Shown: positions 22,968 through 34,756, numbered from the stretch's first letter. The stretch: DNA of 64,000 bases from Saccharofermentanales bacterium (GCA_038326615.1 JBBQKF010000003.1:5334-69333), one strand, 5' to 3'. Notes: a model not told the origin generated them from the sequence alone. Made by a program: numbers and translations.

Positions 22968-23128
22968 GGGGAAAGTCATAATTTATGACAAAAATCACGA
23001 GGAGATTTGATTTATATATTGATAAATTCGATAAATATAGTACAATATCTTTAGTGACAAAAACGATTAATAAATTATAAAATAAAAAGTATTCAGCATA
23101 AAATGCTGAAAAAGGAGGAAATTTTAAA

Positions 23129-24328
<1,200 letters not shown>

Positions 24329-24367
24329 TACTATTTTATAGAATTGTTGAAAACCAAAAACAAACAT

Positions 24368-24403
24368 CAAAAGAAGCTGCTTGGCAACAAGTAGCTTCTT
24401 TTT
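24368..24403 (+). terminator. Rho-independent terminator after tuf
   Basis: AAAAGAAGCTGCTTG gcaa CAAGTAGCTTCTTTT. Confidence 0.85.
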
Positions 24404-24423
24404 GCTTTTTGTTATATAATTAA

Positions 24424-24481
24424 TTCACCATGGGAACTCACAGCCGCGGTCAAAAACTTCACCATGGGAACTCACAGCCGC
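24424..24481. repeat. Perfect 24-bp direct repeat x2, period 34 bp
   Basis: TTCACCATGGGAACTCACAGCCGC at 24424 and 24458. Confidence 0.9.
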
Positions 24482-24609
24482 CGTAAAGACTCGATAATTG
24501 AATTTAATTAAGATCCGAAAGTAAAAAACTAGTAAATATTTATAATAAATAATTATAAGCAAATGGTTGCTTTTCGCTAAATAAATTTTTCAAAAAAGGA
24601 GCTTTGTTA

Positions 24610-26412
24610 ATGTTATTAATTACGAGAGAACAAGCTAAAAGCCTTGACGAATATATTGTAAAAACTATTGGCATACCGATTGAAATACTAATAGAGCATG
24701 CAGGTATGGCGATTGCTAAACAAGCAGATATTTGTTTGAGACAGATGAATGCAGATGGTGGCGTTGATGTTTTTGCAGGAAAGGGAATGAATGGCCAGGA
24801 TGCATTTTGTGCTGCGAGAATTCTTTTTTCGATGGGTTACGATGTCAGGATCTGGGAAGTATTTAACAATGAAACTCTGAAGATTGAACATATTATCGAA
24901 AAATTTAAGTCCGCAAAATCTGAATCACAAGAATCTGAGACATCACAATCTGAGTTGATAGAATCTAAATCATCGAAATTTGAGTTATCTAAAGTTGATT
25001 CGGTAAATGGAGAAAGTATTAAATCTAAAAATATTGATAATAAAATCAATTGGCAGCGAGAATCCTGCAAAAAAATTGGAATTCCTGTTTTGCCAGCCAA
25101 AGAATATGAAATTAGAAAAGCACAAACTCAAGACAAAAAATCAAGCCTGATTATTGACGGAATTTTCGGGACTTCGTTTTCACTTAAAAGAGAAATGTCG
25201 AATGATATTACGGATATATTTAAGAAAATAAATACTAATCATAATCATGGGGATTATGTTATGTCAATCGACTTGCCTTCTGGGATAGATTCCGACAATG
25301 GGCTTACTTTACCTGATACGATAAACGCAGATGTTACTGTAACTTTTATGTTCTCAAAGGTAGGAATGATGAGTTATCCTGCAAGGCAATATGCTGGAAA
25401 GATTATTATTGAAGACATTGGAATATCAAAAAAGGTTTTAGAATCATTTAAAGATAATACTAACAATACTAACAATAAAAAGAATAATGATAACAACTTT
25501 AAAAACAAAAACAAGGGATTTAATGAAATTGAAAACAACATTACAAATAGTGACGAGAATAATAAAGAAAAATATGAAACGCTCGACATGGAGTTTGCAA
25601 AAAAAGAAATTTCACACCGCCCAATTGACGGACACAAGGGCACATTCGGAAGAACGGGGCTTGTCGGCGGAAACGATGGGATGGCAGGATCTATATGCCT
25701 TTCAGCCCTTGCTGCAATGCGATGTGGGGTTGGTTTGTTATATATGCGTGTGCCGAAATCAATTTTACCACAGTGTTTGACTGTTGTTCCTGAGGCTTTA
25801 ATTTCATCTGATGAAAAAGCTTTATCACCAGAAATGAATTCGATGCTGTTTGGTCCTGGAATGGATAATAATCAAAAAACACAGGAATTAATGTGGGATG
25901 CAATTAAAATTGTTCCAAAATTGATACTTGATGCACAAGCACTGAATATTATCGCAACTGATTTGAATCGCTTTCAGGAAAATATTTCAATAAGAAATAG
26001 CAACAAACTACCATGGATTGTCTTAACACCGCACCCAGGTGAGTTTAAAAGGATTTGCCCGGATATCGATGTTAATTCAAGATTGGCTGCAGCGTTTGAA
26101 GCAGCGAGGAGATTAAATTCTATTGTAGTTCTGAAGGGTGCTGGAACGCTTATTTCAAGTCCTGATGGTAAAGTTGCAATAAATACAACCGGTAACAGTG
26201 GAATGGCAAAAGGCGGTAGCGGAGATGTTTTATCTGGTATGATTGCAAGTTTTATGGCTCAAGGGAAATCGCCTTTGACAGCTTGTAAGTTAGCAGTTTA
26301 TTTGCATGGAATATGTGGCGATCTTGCCTCGGAGGAATTAGGAGAACACAGTATGCTTCCAAGGGATTTAATAGAGAAAATTCCTAAATCATTTCTCTTG
26401 GCAAAAGAATAA
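24610..26412 (+). CDS. nnr: Bifunctional NAD(P)HX epimerase/dehydratase (NnrE-NnrD) with low-complexity inserts
   Basis: GKGMNGQD, IDGIFGT, IDLPSG, HKGTFG, LTPHPGEF, AKGGSGDVLSG. Confidence 0.93.
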   Translation: MLLITREQAKSLDEYIVKTIGIPIEILIEHAGMAIAKQADICLRQMNADGGVDVFAGKGMNGQDAFCAARILFSMGYDVRIWEVFNNETLKIEHIIEKFKSAKSESQESETSQSELIESKSSKFELSKVDSVNGESIKSKNIDNKINWQRESCKKIGIPVLPAKEYEIRKAQTQDKKSSLIIDGIFGTSFSLKREMSNDITDIFKKINTNHNHGDYVMSIDLPSGIDSDNGLTLPDTINADVTVTFMFSKVGMMSYPARQYAGKIIIEDIGISKKVLESFKDNTNNTNNKKNNDNNFKNKNKGFNEIENNITNSDENNKEKYETLDMEFAKKEISHRPIDGHKGTFGRTGLVGGNDGMAGSICLSALAAMRCGVGLLYMRVPKSILPQCLTVVPEALISSDEKALSPEMNSMLFGPGMDNNQKTQELMWDAIKIVPKLILDAQALNIIATDLNRFQENISIRNSNKLPWIVLTPHPGEFKRICPDIDVNSRLAAAFEAARRLNSIVVLKGAGTLISSPDGKVAINTTGNSGMAKGGSGDVLSGMIASFMAQGKSPLTACKLAVYLHGICGDLASEELGEHSMLPRDLIEKIPKSFLLAKE

Positions 26413-26700
26413 ATCGTTGATAACATTAAGTTTATTGATTAAATATAAATTTATTAAAATAATAGGGCTTCTGATCAATAGGTATGGTTGAAATTACTTA
26501 TAAAAGTAGTAAAATAGTAGTAATTACTTATAAAAATTAAGAGCCATATTTAAATGTATATAAACAAAGAGTTAGAAGCAGGGGTTTTTACTAAAATTCC
26601 TGTCCCCATAGAAAAATGATGTGTGCATAAATCAAAGAGTGAGTTTGAATAGAGCATTTTTTACCATGGTTCCTGTTCCCGAGGTGAAAAGGAGAAATAG

Positions 26701-28107
26701 ATGGAAGAATCTTTACTTAACCGATCATGGGCTGAAGTCAATCTGGATTATATAGCCGATAATGTTAAAATAATCCGCAACAAAGTTAAACGTGGTTCTG
26801 AAATAATGGGTGTTGTGAAAGCTGATGCTTATGGGCATGGTATATCGCAGATAATTCCTGTTTTAATAGAAAATGGGGTTACGAGGCTTGCTGTTTCGAT
26901 GCTTGATGAAGCAATTGAACTTAGGAAGAATGACGTAAAAATACCGATTCTTGTTTTAAGTTACACTGATCCAAGACGCGCAAAAGAAATTATCGAATAT
27001 AGTGTAACTCAGACTGTTTATAGCCTTGAGCTTGCACGGGCTTTGTCGAAGGCAGGTCAGGAGCTTGAGCGGGAAGTGCGAATTCATATAAAAGTAGATA
27101 CAGGCATGGGCCGTGTTGGATTTATGGCAGGTTTTGGCGCGGTAAAAAGCATTGAAGAGATTCAGAAAATGCCGGAAATTGTAATCGAAGGCATTTACAC
27201 ACATTTTGCATGCGCTGATGAGGAAGATTCATCGTATACAAATTGGCAATTTGAACAATTTATGAGCATCTGTAATGAACTCGGAAGGCTCGGAATACAA
27301 ATTCCAATCAAACATGTTTGCAATAGTGCTGCTACAATGTTATTCCCCTCGATGCACCTTGACATGGTTCGTGTCGGAATCCTTCTTTACGGAATGTCTC
27401 CATCTTCATTTTGCAATTCATCAAAAGATGGGTTTAAACCAGCAATGTCCCTTAAGACTAATGTAATCCTTGTTAAAAATGTTGAAGCAAATCAATCTAT
27501 AAGTTATGGTAGAAAATTCACTACATCAAAACCATCAGTCATTGCAACAATTCCAATCGGATATGCTGATGGCTACTCGCGAAATCTTTCCGGCAAAGCG
27601 GATGTGCTTGTAGGCGGGAAGCGTTACCCAATTGTTGGGAATATTTGCATGGATACATGTATGATTGATTTGACAGAGCCGGCAGAAAAAAATGAATTAG
27701 AAAATAGAATTGAGATAAAAGAGAAAAACGGATTGAAAAATAGAATTGAGATAGAAGAAAATAATGCATTTGAAAATCAATTAAAAAGCAAAAATGAAAA
27801 CCATCAAAAGAATGAAATAGTAAATAAATTCGTGAATGTTAATGAAGAAATTGACTTTAAAGAAATTGAAAATAGGACGGAGGGTTATTTTAATAATGCA
27901 CTTATGAGTATGCAAGTTGAGATAAAAGTCGGAGACGAGGTTGTGCTTTTTGGCGAACAAAATGGTGTAAGAATCGAGATTGACGAAATAGCAAAACTTC
28001 TTGGCACCATTAATTATGAAGTCACATGCCTTGTTGGCAAAAGAGTTCCTCGTGCCTATATGAAAAATGATAAAATTGCAGAAATCAAAAATTACCTTTT
28101 AGGGTAG
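26701..28107 (+). CDS. alr: Alanine racemase with a ~78-aa C-terminal-domain insertion
   Basis: VVKADAYGHG (PLP lysine), KVDTGMGRVG, GYADGY, GTINYE. Confidence 0.96.
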   Translation: MEESLLNRSWAEVNLDYIADNVKIIRNKVKRGSEIMGVVKADAYGHGISQIIPVLIENGVTRLAVSMLDEAIELRKNDVKIPILVLSYTDPRRAKEIIEYSVTQTVYSLELARALSKAGQELEREVRIHIKVDTGMGRVGFMAGFGAVKSIEEIQKMPEIVIEGIYTHFACADEEDSSYTNWQFEQFMSICNELGRLGIQIPIKHVCNSAATMLFPSMHLDMVRVGILLYGMSPSSFCNSSKDGFKPAMSLKTNVILVKNVEANQSISYGRKFTTSKPSVIATIPIGYADGYSRNLSGKADVLVGGKRYPIVGNICMDTCMIDLTEPAEKNELENRIEIKEKNGLKNRIEIEENNAFENQLKSKNENHQKNEIVNKFVNVNEEIDFKEIENRTEGYFNNALMSMQVEIKVGDEVVLFGEQNGVRIEIDEIAKLLGTINYEVTCLVGKRVPRAYMKNDKIAEIKNYLLG

Positions 28108-28401
28108 GCGGTTTTAAAAAGTCGAAAATGATACTAAATTTAATTCTATTTAGGAACACAAATTTACATTCAAAAAAAGTTGATTGTGGAGTTTCTAAAA
28201 CAAATTAATTCTGTTGGTTTCTCTTGTGAAATTTCTGAATAAATATAATGTTCAAGAAAGATATGTTTTTTAATAAATTAATAAAGATGGTTTGTTATAG
28301 AAATCTACCGTTCAAATTGATGTAAATATGGTACAATAGTGCCTTGCTAACATAGTTTGTTTATAATATAATGTTCTGAGATATGGAAAGGAGTCATTAA
28401 T

Positions 28402-29247
28402 ATGAATTTAGCTCTTAAAAATCAGACAAAAATATTCGCTTGTAATATGAGACGAAACATTGTTGAAGAGGTTTTCAGCGCACAATCAGGTCATCCAGGC
28501 GGATCTCTTTCATGTGCAGATATTCTGGCAGTTCTTTATAATGTTGAAATGAGGGTTGACCCTAAGGACGCAAAAAATCCAGATAGAGATCGCTTTGTTC
28601 TTTCAAAAGGCCACTGTGCACCAGCTCTTTATGCAGCATTAGCACAGAAAGGGTTTTTCCCAGAGGAAGACCTTGTAACTTTCAGAAGTGCAGACAGCTA
28701 TTTGCAAGGACACCCAAACATGAATAGTGTTCCTGGCGTTGATATGTCAACTGGTTCTTTGGGACAAGGAATATCTGCTGCTGTTGGCATGGCAATGATG
28801 GGTAAACTTGATAAGAAAGACTACCGTGTTTTTTCTATATTAGGTGATGGCGAACTACAAGAGGGTCAGGTTTGGGAAGCAACGATGGCTGCGGCTCATT
28901 ATAAACTAGACAATTTAACAGCATTCATTGACCATAATGGGCTTCAGATTGATGGAGATATTAAGAAGGTTATGAACCCTGAGGATGTTTCTGAGAAGTT
29001 CATAGCATTTGGCTGGAATGTAATCAATATTGACGGACATGATGTTGAAGCAATTTTTAATGCAATCCAAGAAGCAAAGACTGTAAGTGGTAAACCTACA
29101 ATGGTTGTTTGTGCTACTCACAAAGGTCAGGGAGTAAGCTTCATGGAAGATGATCCGTCATGGCATGGAACTGCACCTAAACAAGATCAAAGAGATGCTG
29201 CTGTCTGCGAAATTGATACAGTACTTACGGCAATGGAGGAGGTTTAA
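28402..29247 (+). CDS. tkt: Transketolase, N-terminal subunit
   Basis: SGHPGGSLS, DRFVLSKGH, GDGELQEG TPP motif. Confidence 0.95.
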   Translation: MNLALKNQTKIFACNMRRNIVEEVFSAQSGHPGGSLSCADILAVLYNVEMRVDPKDAKNPDRDRFVLSKGHCAPALYAALAQKGFFPEEDLVTFRSADSYLQGHPNMNSVPGVDMSTGSLGQGISAAVGMAMMGKLDKKDYRVFSILGDGELQEGQVWEATMAAAHYKLDNLTAFIDHNGLQIDGDIKKVMNPEDVSEKFIAFGWNVINIDGHDVEAIFNAIQEAKTVSGKPTMVVCATHKGQGVSFMEDDPSWHGTAPKQDQRDAAVCEIDTVLTAMEEV

Positions 29248-29249
29248 TC

Positions 29250-30188
29250 ATGGGAAAGTTAGCTACAAGAGAAGCATACGGACTTGCTTTGGCAGAGTTT
29301 GGTGTTGATGAAAAAATTGTTGTTCTGGATGCAGACTTATCTAAATCTACATATACAGTTACTTTCAAGAAAGTATTTCCTGAAAGACATTTCAATATGG
29401 GCATTGCAGAAGCAAACATGATTTCCGTTGCATGTGGCATGGCTACATGTGGTAAAGTTGCTTTTGCCAGCACTTTTGCTATATTTGCAGCTGAAAGAGG
29501 ATGCGAGCAGATTCGTAATTCTGCTTGCTACCCAAAACTTAATGTTAAAATCTGCGCGACTCATGCAGGTATCTCAGTTGGTGAAGACGGAGCGTCTCAT
29601 CAATGTTTAGAAGATCTTGCAATTATGCGTTCAATTCCTAATCTTACAGTTGTTCAACCTTGTGATGCAGCATCTACAAGAGCTTGTATTAAAGCAGCAA
29701 TTGAAACCGATGGACCTTTTTATGTGCGTTTAGGAAGACTTGCTGTTGAAGATGTTTATGCTACTGAAACAATTCCTTTCACAATTGGTAAAGGAAATCA
29801 AATAGCTGAGGGTAATGATGTCACAATAATTGCTTCAGGGCTTATGGTTCAGGAAGCGCTCGCAGCAAGCAAGACATTACTTGCCGAAGGTATTGGAGCA
29901 AGAGTTATTGACATGCATACAATCAAGCCCATAGACCGTGATATTATAATTAAGGCTGCTAAAGAAACTGGCGCAATTGTAACTGCAGAAGAACACAACA
30001 TCATTGGTGGACTTGGCGGAGCTGTTGCTGAAGTTATAGCAACTAGCGCTCCTTGTATTCTTCGTATGGTTGGTGTTGAAGATAAGTTCGGAAAATCAGG
30101 GAAACCTGCAATACTTCTTAAGGAGTACGGACTTACAGCAGAAAACATAGTTGCAAAAGCAAAAGATGCGATTGCAAACAAAATCTGA
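29250..30188 (+). CDS. tkt: Transketolase, C-terminal subunit
   Basis: GIAEANM, GEDGASHQ, EEHNIIGGLG. Confidence 0.95.
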   Translation: MGKLATREAYGLALAEFGVDEKIVVLDADLSKSTYTVTFKKVFPERHFNMGIAEANMISVACGMATCGKVAFASTFAIFAAERGCEQIRNSACYPKLNVKICATHAGISVGEDGASHQCLEDLAIMRSIPNLTVVQPCDAASTRACIKAAIETDGPFYVRLGRLAVEDVYATETIPFTIGKGNQIAEGNDVTIIASGLMVQEALAASKTLLAEGIGARVIDMHTIKPIDRDIIIKAAKETGAIVTAEEHNIIGGLGGAVAEVIATSAPCILRMVGVEDKFGKSGKPAILLKEYGLTAENIVAKAKDAIANKI

Positions 30189-30353
30189 TAATTGATTTGC
30201 ATTCATTTAAGAAAACACTTAACTTGTGGATCTATATTTAGTATTGAAATACAAGGTGAGGAACAATTTGATATTTTATGGTATCGACTGTGTTAGTGGT
30301 TATTAGGATTAGTTCTAGCGAATAAAAAGCAATCTAGAATAATTGTAAAATTT

Positions 30354-30390
30354 AAAATCTCTGTACCAAATGGTATGGGGATTTTTCTTT
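30354..30390 (+). terminator. Rho-independent terminator after tkt
   Basis: AAAATCTCTGTACCA aa TGGTATGGGGATTTT followed by Ts. Confidence 0.7.
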
Positions 30391-30521
30391 TATTGACACA
30401 AAAATATAGCAGTGTTAACATTTGTATATAGACTTTATCGGATAAGCTATTTATTGCTTAAAAATATCGCTTGTATTACCCATAAATTGAATGATTTCTA
30501 AAGAATTGAGGTGAATTAGTT

Positions 30522-31079
30522 ATGAAACATCCTTTTATTGACCCTCCTAAAAAAATTCCTATTTTTCTTCGCTTTGCGCTTTGGGTTTCAAAAAAGGAAA
30601 CTGGCAAAGATCTTTTGCCAGCAAAACTCCTCGCTTGGTATCCGAGAGTAGCAGCCGGGTCGGCGGTGTTTGAAATGCTTGTTGCAAAAGGTAAAAACAA
30701 GGAGCAAAAACGTTTACTTAATCTAATCAGATTAAAAGCGTCTTTTGTTTGTTCATGTGCTTTTTGCATAGACCTAAACGCAGTGGGAATTGAAACTAAT
30801 GGGATAACATTTGATGAAATAAGAGTTTTGCAGGGTAAAAAACCAATTGGTGAGGTTAATTCTTTTTCTGCAAAAGAATTAATTGCGATAGAATATGCAG
30901 AGATTATGTCAAGCACACCGCTACATTTTACAGAACAATTCGTTGACTCCCTTAACAGCATGTTCTCAAATCGTGAAGTTGTAATGCTGGCAAGTGCAAT
31001 TGCTGCTGTTAATTATTGGGCAAGGCTAAACCAGGGAATGGGTGTTCCATCAGCAGGATTTACAGATATTACGGCTTAA
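30522..31079 (+). CDS. Carboxymuconolactone decarboxylase/AhpD-family protein
   Basis: LIRLKAS..CAFCID (CxxC), FS.KE..AIEYAE, NYWARL. Upstream promoter TTGACA-N17-TAACAT at 30393. Confidence 0.8.
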   Translation: MKHPFIDPPKKIPIFLRFALWVSKKETGKDLLPAKLLAWYPRVAAGSAVFEMLVAKGKNKEQKRLLNLIRLKASFVCSCAFCIDLNAVGIETNGITFDEIRVLQGKKPIGEVNSFSAKELIAIEYAEIMSSTPLHFTEQFVDSLNSMFSNREVVMLASAIAAVNYWARLNQGMGVPSAGFTDITA

Positions 31080-31154
31080 AATGTAATTAGAACTAAATTA
31101 GAACAATAAATTCAAATGCTAAATCGAATTAGCAAATTCTATTACTGAAAGACT

Positions 31155-31195
31155 GTGACTTTGTCACTGTTGAACTTTTGATACACAGTTATAAT
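31155..31195 (+). promoter_or_regulatory. Palindrome GTGAC-N3-GTCAC plus -10 box; candidate Crp/Fnr class II promoter
   Basis: Palindrome at 31155-31167, TATAAT at 31190, no good -35. Confidence 0.5.
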
Positions 31196-31362
31196 AAATT
31201 CGTACTTGATTCATTAACCCACATTAATTTCTAGCGGACAGAAGACATTTCAATTTTTGGTCCGACAATAAGACTAATGGTTAGTGATTTTTATGAATCT
31301 GATTCAGTAACAAAAAATAAATAGTGATTATTTAAATCACAAAATGAAAGAAGGAAATTAAT

Positions 31363-31677
31363 ATGAAACCTATTACAATTACAAAAGCAAATTTTAAAGC
31401 AGAGGTTCTTGAGTCAAAAGTTCCAGTCATGTTAGATTTTTGGGCGCCTTGGTGCGGTCCTTGCAGAATGGTAGCTCCTATCCTTGAAGAATTGGCGGTC
31501 GAGGTTGAAGGCAAGGCTACTATCGGCAAAATTAATGTTGATGAAGAATTAGAACTTGCACAAGAATTTGGAGTTATGAGCATTCCAACAATTCTTGTTT
31601 TTGAGGCAGGCAAACAAAAAAATAAAATGGTTGGTTTCCGTGATAAGGGTGACTTACGCAAAATGCTTGGAGTTTGA
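31363..31677 (+). CDS. trxA: Thioredoxin
   Basis: DFWAPWCGPC. Confidence 0.97.
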   Translation: MKPITITKANFKAEVLESKVPVMLDFWAPWCGPCRMVAPILEELAVEVEGKATIGKINVDEELELAQEFGVMSIPTILVFEAGKQKNKMVGFRDKGDLRKMLGV

Positions 31678-31767
31678 TGAAAAATAATTTCGAGAATTAA
31701 CTCTCAAAAAGATGGTATAAAAACCATGAATTATGATTTATATTAGAATAAAACTGGAGGATTTGAA

Positions 31768-34365
31768 ATGAAAATATTGATAGTTGGTGGTGTTGCAGGC
31801 GGTGCTTCTGCTGCGGCAAGACTCAGGAGACTTGACGAAAAAGCAGAAATAATTATGTTTGAAAAAGGTGAATATATATCTTTTGCTAATTGTGGCCTTC
31901 CATATTTTATAGGCGGTGACATTAAGGAAAAAGAGAAACTGACATTGCAGACCCCGGAAAGTTTTAATGCAAGATTTAATGTTGATGTAAGGACAATGAA
32001 TGAAGTTGTTTCAGTTAATCCAGCACAGAAATCTGTTTCTGTATTAAATCGTAAGACAGGAGAGCCTTATACAGAGAAATACGACAAACTTATTCTTTCT
32101 CCGGGCGCAGCACCAATTGTTCCAAATTTTGAAGGCAGCTCTGGGGATAGAATTTTTACTTTAAGAAACATTCCTGATACATATAAGATAAAGGATTTCA
32201 TTACAAATAACCATCCAAAAAGCGCCGTTGTTGTCGGAGGTGGGTATATAGGAATAGAAATGGCAGAAAATCTGCACCAGGCAGGACTCGATGTAACTAT
32301 AGTTGAATTGCTTGATCACGTTATTGGCCCAATAGATTTTGATATGGCATGCGATGTTCATAATCATATTGAGAGCAAGGGAGTTCATCTTTATCTTGAA
32401 GATGGAGTTAAATCAATCAGACATAACGCCAACTCTCTCGATGTAGTACTTAATAGCGAAGTTATTCATACTGATATGCTAATTATGGCTGTGGGTGTAA
32501 AACCTGATACGACTCTTGCAAAAGATGCAGGACTAACTGTAAATGGGAGAGGCTGTATTGTTGTTGATGAGCACATGCTTACTTCTGATGCCGATATTTA
32601 TGCAGTTGGTGATGCTGTTGAAGTAACTGACTTTATGACGAATGCAAAAGGATTCATCCCACTTGCAGGTCCCGCGAATAAACAAGGCAGAATAGCAGCT
32701 GACAATATTTGTGGAATTGACAGTAAATATAAGGGAACGCAGGGAACTGCAATACTAAAGTGCTTTGACATGACAGTTGCTTGTACTGGGTTAAATGAGA
32801 GGGCAGCAAAAATTGCTGGAGTAGATTATGAAAAATCATACACTTATTCTGCATCGCATGCGTCTTATTATCCAGGAGCGGTTAATATGTCTGTGAAACT
32901 TGTTTTCGAGAAGAAGACGGGAAAAGTTTTGGGCGCACAAATTGTAGGATTTGATGGCGTTGACAAAAGGTGCGATGTAATCGCAACGGCTATTCGTGCC
33001 AATATGACAATTCAAGACCTTACTGAATTGGAATTGTCATATGCGCCACCGTACTCGTCTGCGAAAGATCCTGTGAACATGGCCGGGTACGTGGCGGAAA
33101 ATATTTTGTCCGGCAGGACCAAAATATTTCATTGGCACGACGTCGCTTCAATTGATCCCGAAACTTCAATTTTGCTAGACATTCGAACAACATACGAATT
33201 TGATAATGGATTTATACAAGGATCGATTAATATACCACTTGATTCACTTCGTCATCACTTGAAAGAACTTGATTCGAAAAAGACGATTTACGTTATTTGC
33301 CAAGTTGGATTAAGAGGCCATGTAGCCTGTCAGATTCTAAGGCAAAATGGATTTGATTGCACTAATCTTTCAGGAGGATACAGGCTATACACTAGCGTAT
33401 TCGGCAAAAAAAAAGTAAAAAATTATAGTGACGACATAAATTCGCATGGTTCGAAAAAATCTGATAACGCAGTAAATATAGCTCAAAGTGATAAGATTGA
33501 TAATAAAAGGGTTGATTTGCACGCAGGGAAAACCGAGCTTGGTAAAACTGTTGATAATACTAAAAAAGAAGGTATTTTTAACGAGGAAACTCAAAATTTT
33601 ACTGTAAATAGAATATCAGTTGATGCGACAGGACTACAATGCCCCGGACCAATTATGAGTTTGTCTAAGGCTCTTAAGGAAGCAAATGTTCATGACATTA
33701 TTGAGATATCAACGACAGACCCTGCTTTTGCTTCAGATGCAGAGGCGTTTTGCAGAAGAACAGGCAACACATTCATAAGCCTTGTCAGCTCAAAAGGCAT
33801 TTCGACTGCTACGATAGAAAAAGGTAAAAAAGAAGCAGTTGATATAGTTGAAGCATCAGAATGCCGTAACAAAGCATCTCAGGTAGTGCCGGAATACAAT
33901 AACAAAAACATTATTGTTTTTTCTGGCGACCTTGATAAGGCAATTGCAAGTTTTATTATCGCAAATGCATCCGCTGCAATGGGACGTAAAGTATCTATGT
34001 TCTTTACATTCTGGGGACTTAATATTTTAAGAAAACCAGAAAAAATAAATGTAAAAAAAGATATAATTAGTAAAATGTTTGGAATGATGATGCCTCGCGG
34101 GAGCAAAAAACTTACTCTTTCCAAGATGAATATGGGCGGCATGGGCGCAAAAATGATTCGCATGGTCATGAAAAACAAAAACGTAGATAGTCTGGAACAA
34201 CTAATACTAGCATCAATTGATAATGGCGTTGAACTTGTTGCTTGTACCATGTCAATGGATGTTATGGGAATTAAAGAAGAAGAACTTATCGAAGGCATAA
34301 AGCTCGGAGGTGCTGCAGCAATGCTAGCAAATGCAGAGGAATCTGACATGTCTTTGTTTATCTAA
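31768..34365 (+). CDS. CoA-disulfide reductase / rhodanese / TusA(SirA) / DsrE-like fusion
   Basis: GGVAGG, SFANCGLP, YAPPYS; rhodanese CQVGLRG; TusA GLQCPGP; DsrE FFTFWGL and ACTMSMD. Confidence 0.9.
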   Translation: MKILIVGGVAGGASAAARLRRLDEKAEIIMFEKGEYISFANCGLPYFIGGDIKEKEKLTLQTPESFNARFNVDVRTMNEVVSVNPAQKSVSVLNRKTGEPYTEKYDKLILSPGAAPIVPNFEGSSGDRIFTLRNIPDTYKIKDFITNNHPKSAVVVGGGYIGIEMAENLHQAGLDVTIVELLDHVIGPIDFDMACDVHNHIESKGVHLYLEDGVKSIRHNANSLDVVLNSEVIHTDMLIMAVGVKPDTTLAKDAGLTVNGRGCIVVDEHMLTSDADIYAVGDAVEVTDFMTNAKGFIPLAGPANKQGRIAADNICGIDSKYKGTQGTAILKCFDMTVACTGLNERAAKIAGVDYEKSYTYSASHASYYPGAVNMSVKLVFEKKTGKVLGAQIVGFDGVDKRCDVIATAIRANMTIQDLTELELSYAPPYSSAKDPVNMAGYVAENILSGRTKIFHWHDVASIDPETSILLDIRTTYEFDNGFIQGSINIPLDSLRHHLKELDSKKTIYVICQVGLRGHVACQILRQNGFDCTNLSGGYRLYTSVFGKKKVKNYSDDINSHGSKKSDNAVNIAQSDKIDNKRVDLHAGKTELGKTVDNTKKEGIFNEETQNFTVNRISVDATGLQCPGPIMSLSKALKEANVHDIIEISTTDPAFASDAEAFCRRTGNTFISLVSSKGISTATIEKGKKEAVDIVEASECRNKASQVVPEYNNKNIIVFSGDLDKAIASFIIANASAAMGRKVSMFFTFWGLNILRKPEKINVKKDIISKMFGMMMPRGSKKLTLSKMNMGGMGAKMIRMVMKNKNVDSLEQLILASIDNGVELVACTMSMDVMGIKEEELIEGIKLGGAAAMLANAEESDMSLFI

Positions 34366-34570
34366 GATTTCTGGGGGGGGGCTTGCTTTTTTAATTAATT
34401 AGCTCGCTTTTTGCGAATTTTTATGAGATTAGTGACTGCCAATATTAATTCAAAAAATATCCTTAAAACAAAAAAGATTTAGTAAAAGCTCTTTTGGATT
34501 AATATCTGATTGAGCTTTTATTTTGGTTCACCAAATTTAATATCCGAGTTATAATAAAAGTGAGAATCGT

Positions 34571-34617
34571 ATAAATTACCATATAAATTGCCATATAAAT
34601 TGCCTTATGAATTGCTT
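34571..34617. repeat. 12-bp degenerate tandem repeat x4
   Basis: Variants of ATAAATTGCCAT. Confidence 0.75.
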
Positions 34618-34646
34618 TGCGAACAAACTTTCAAAATAAGCAAATC

Positions 34647-34684
34647 AAAACTCCTTCAGAATTAAGTCCGAGGGAGTTTTTTTA
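34647..34684. terminator. Terminator-like hairpin
   Basis: AAAACTCCTTC...GAGGGAGTTTT followed by Ts. A second hairpin lies at 34483-34520. Confidence 0.7.
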
Positions 34685-34756
34685 TTAGTTTGTCATGCTG
34701 AACAATCTGGATATGTCTCACGAAGTTTTGTTTAATATTAATTCAGCCAGAAATGT

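Noticed and set aside
24424..24481. Possible mini-CRISPR array
   Set aside because: Only two repeats with a 10-bp spacer and no cas genes in the window.
27682..27915. Intein or intron in alr (also considered for hisH and nnr)
   Set aside because: No intein terminal residues, endonuclease motifs or intron structure; the inserts show internal tandem periodicity.
34373..34381. G9 homopolymer as a phase-variation switch
   Set aside because: It lies just downstream of a stop codon, not in a CDS or promoter.
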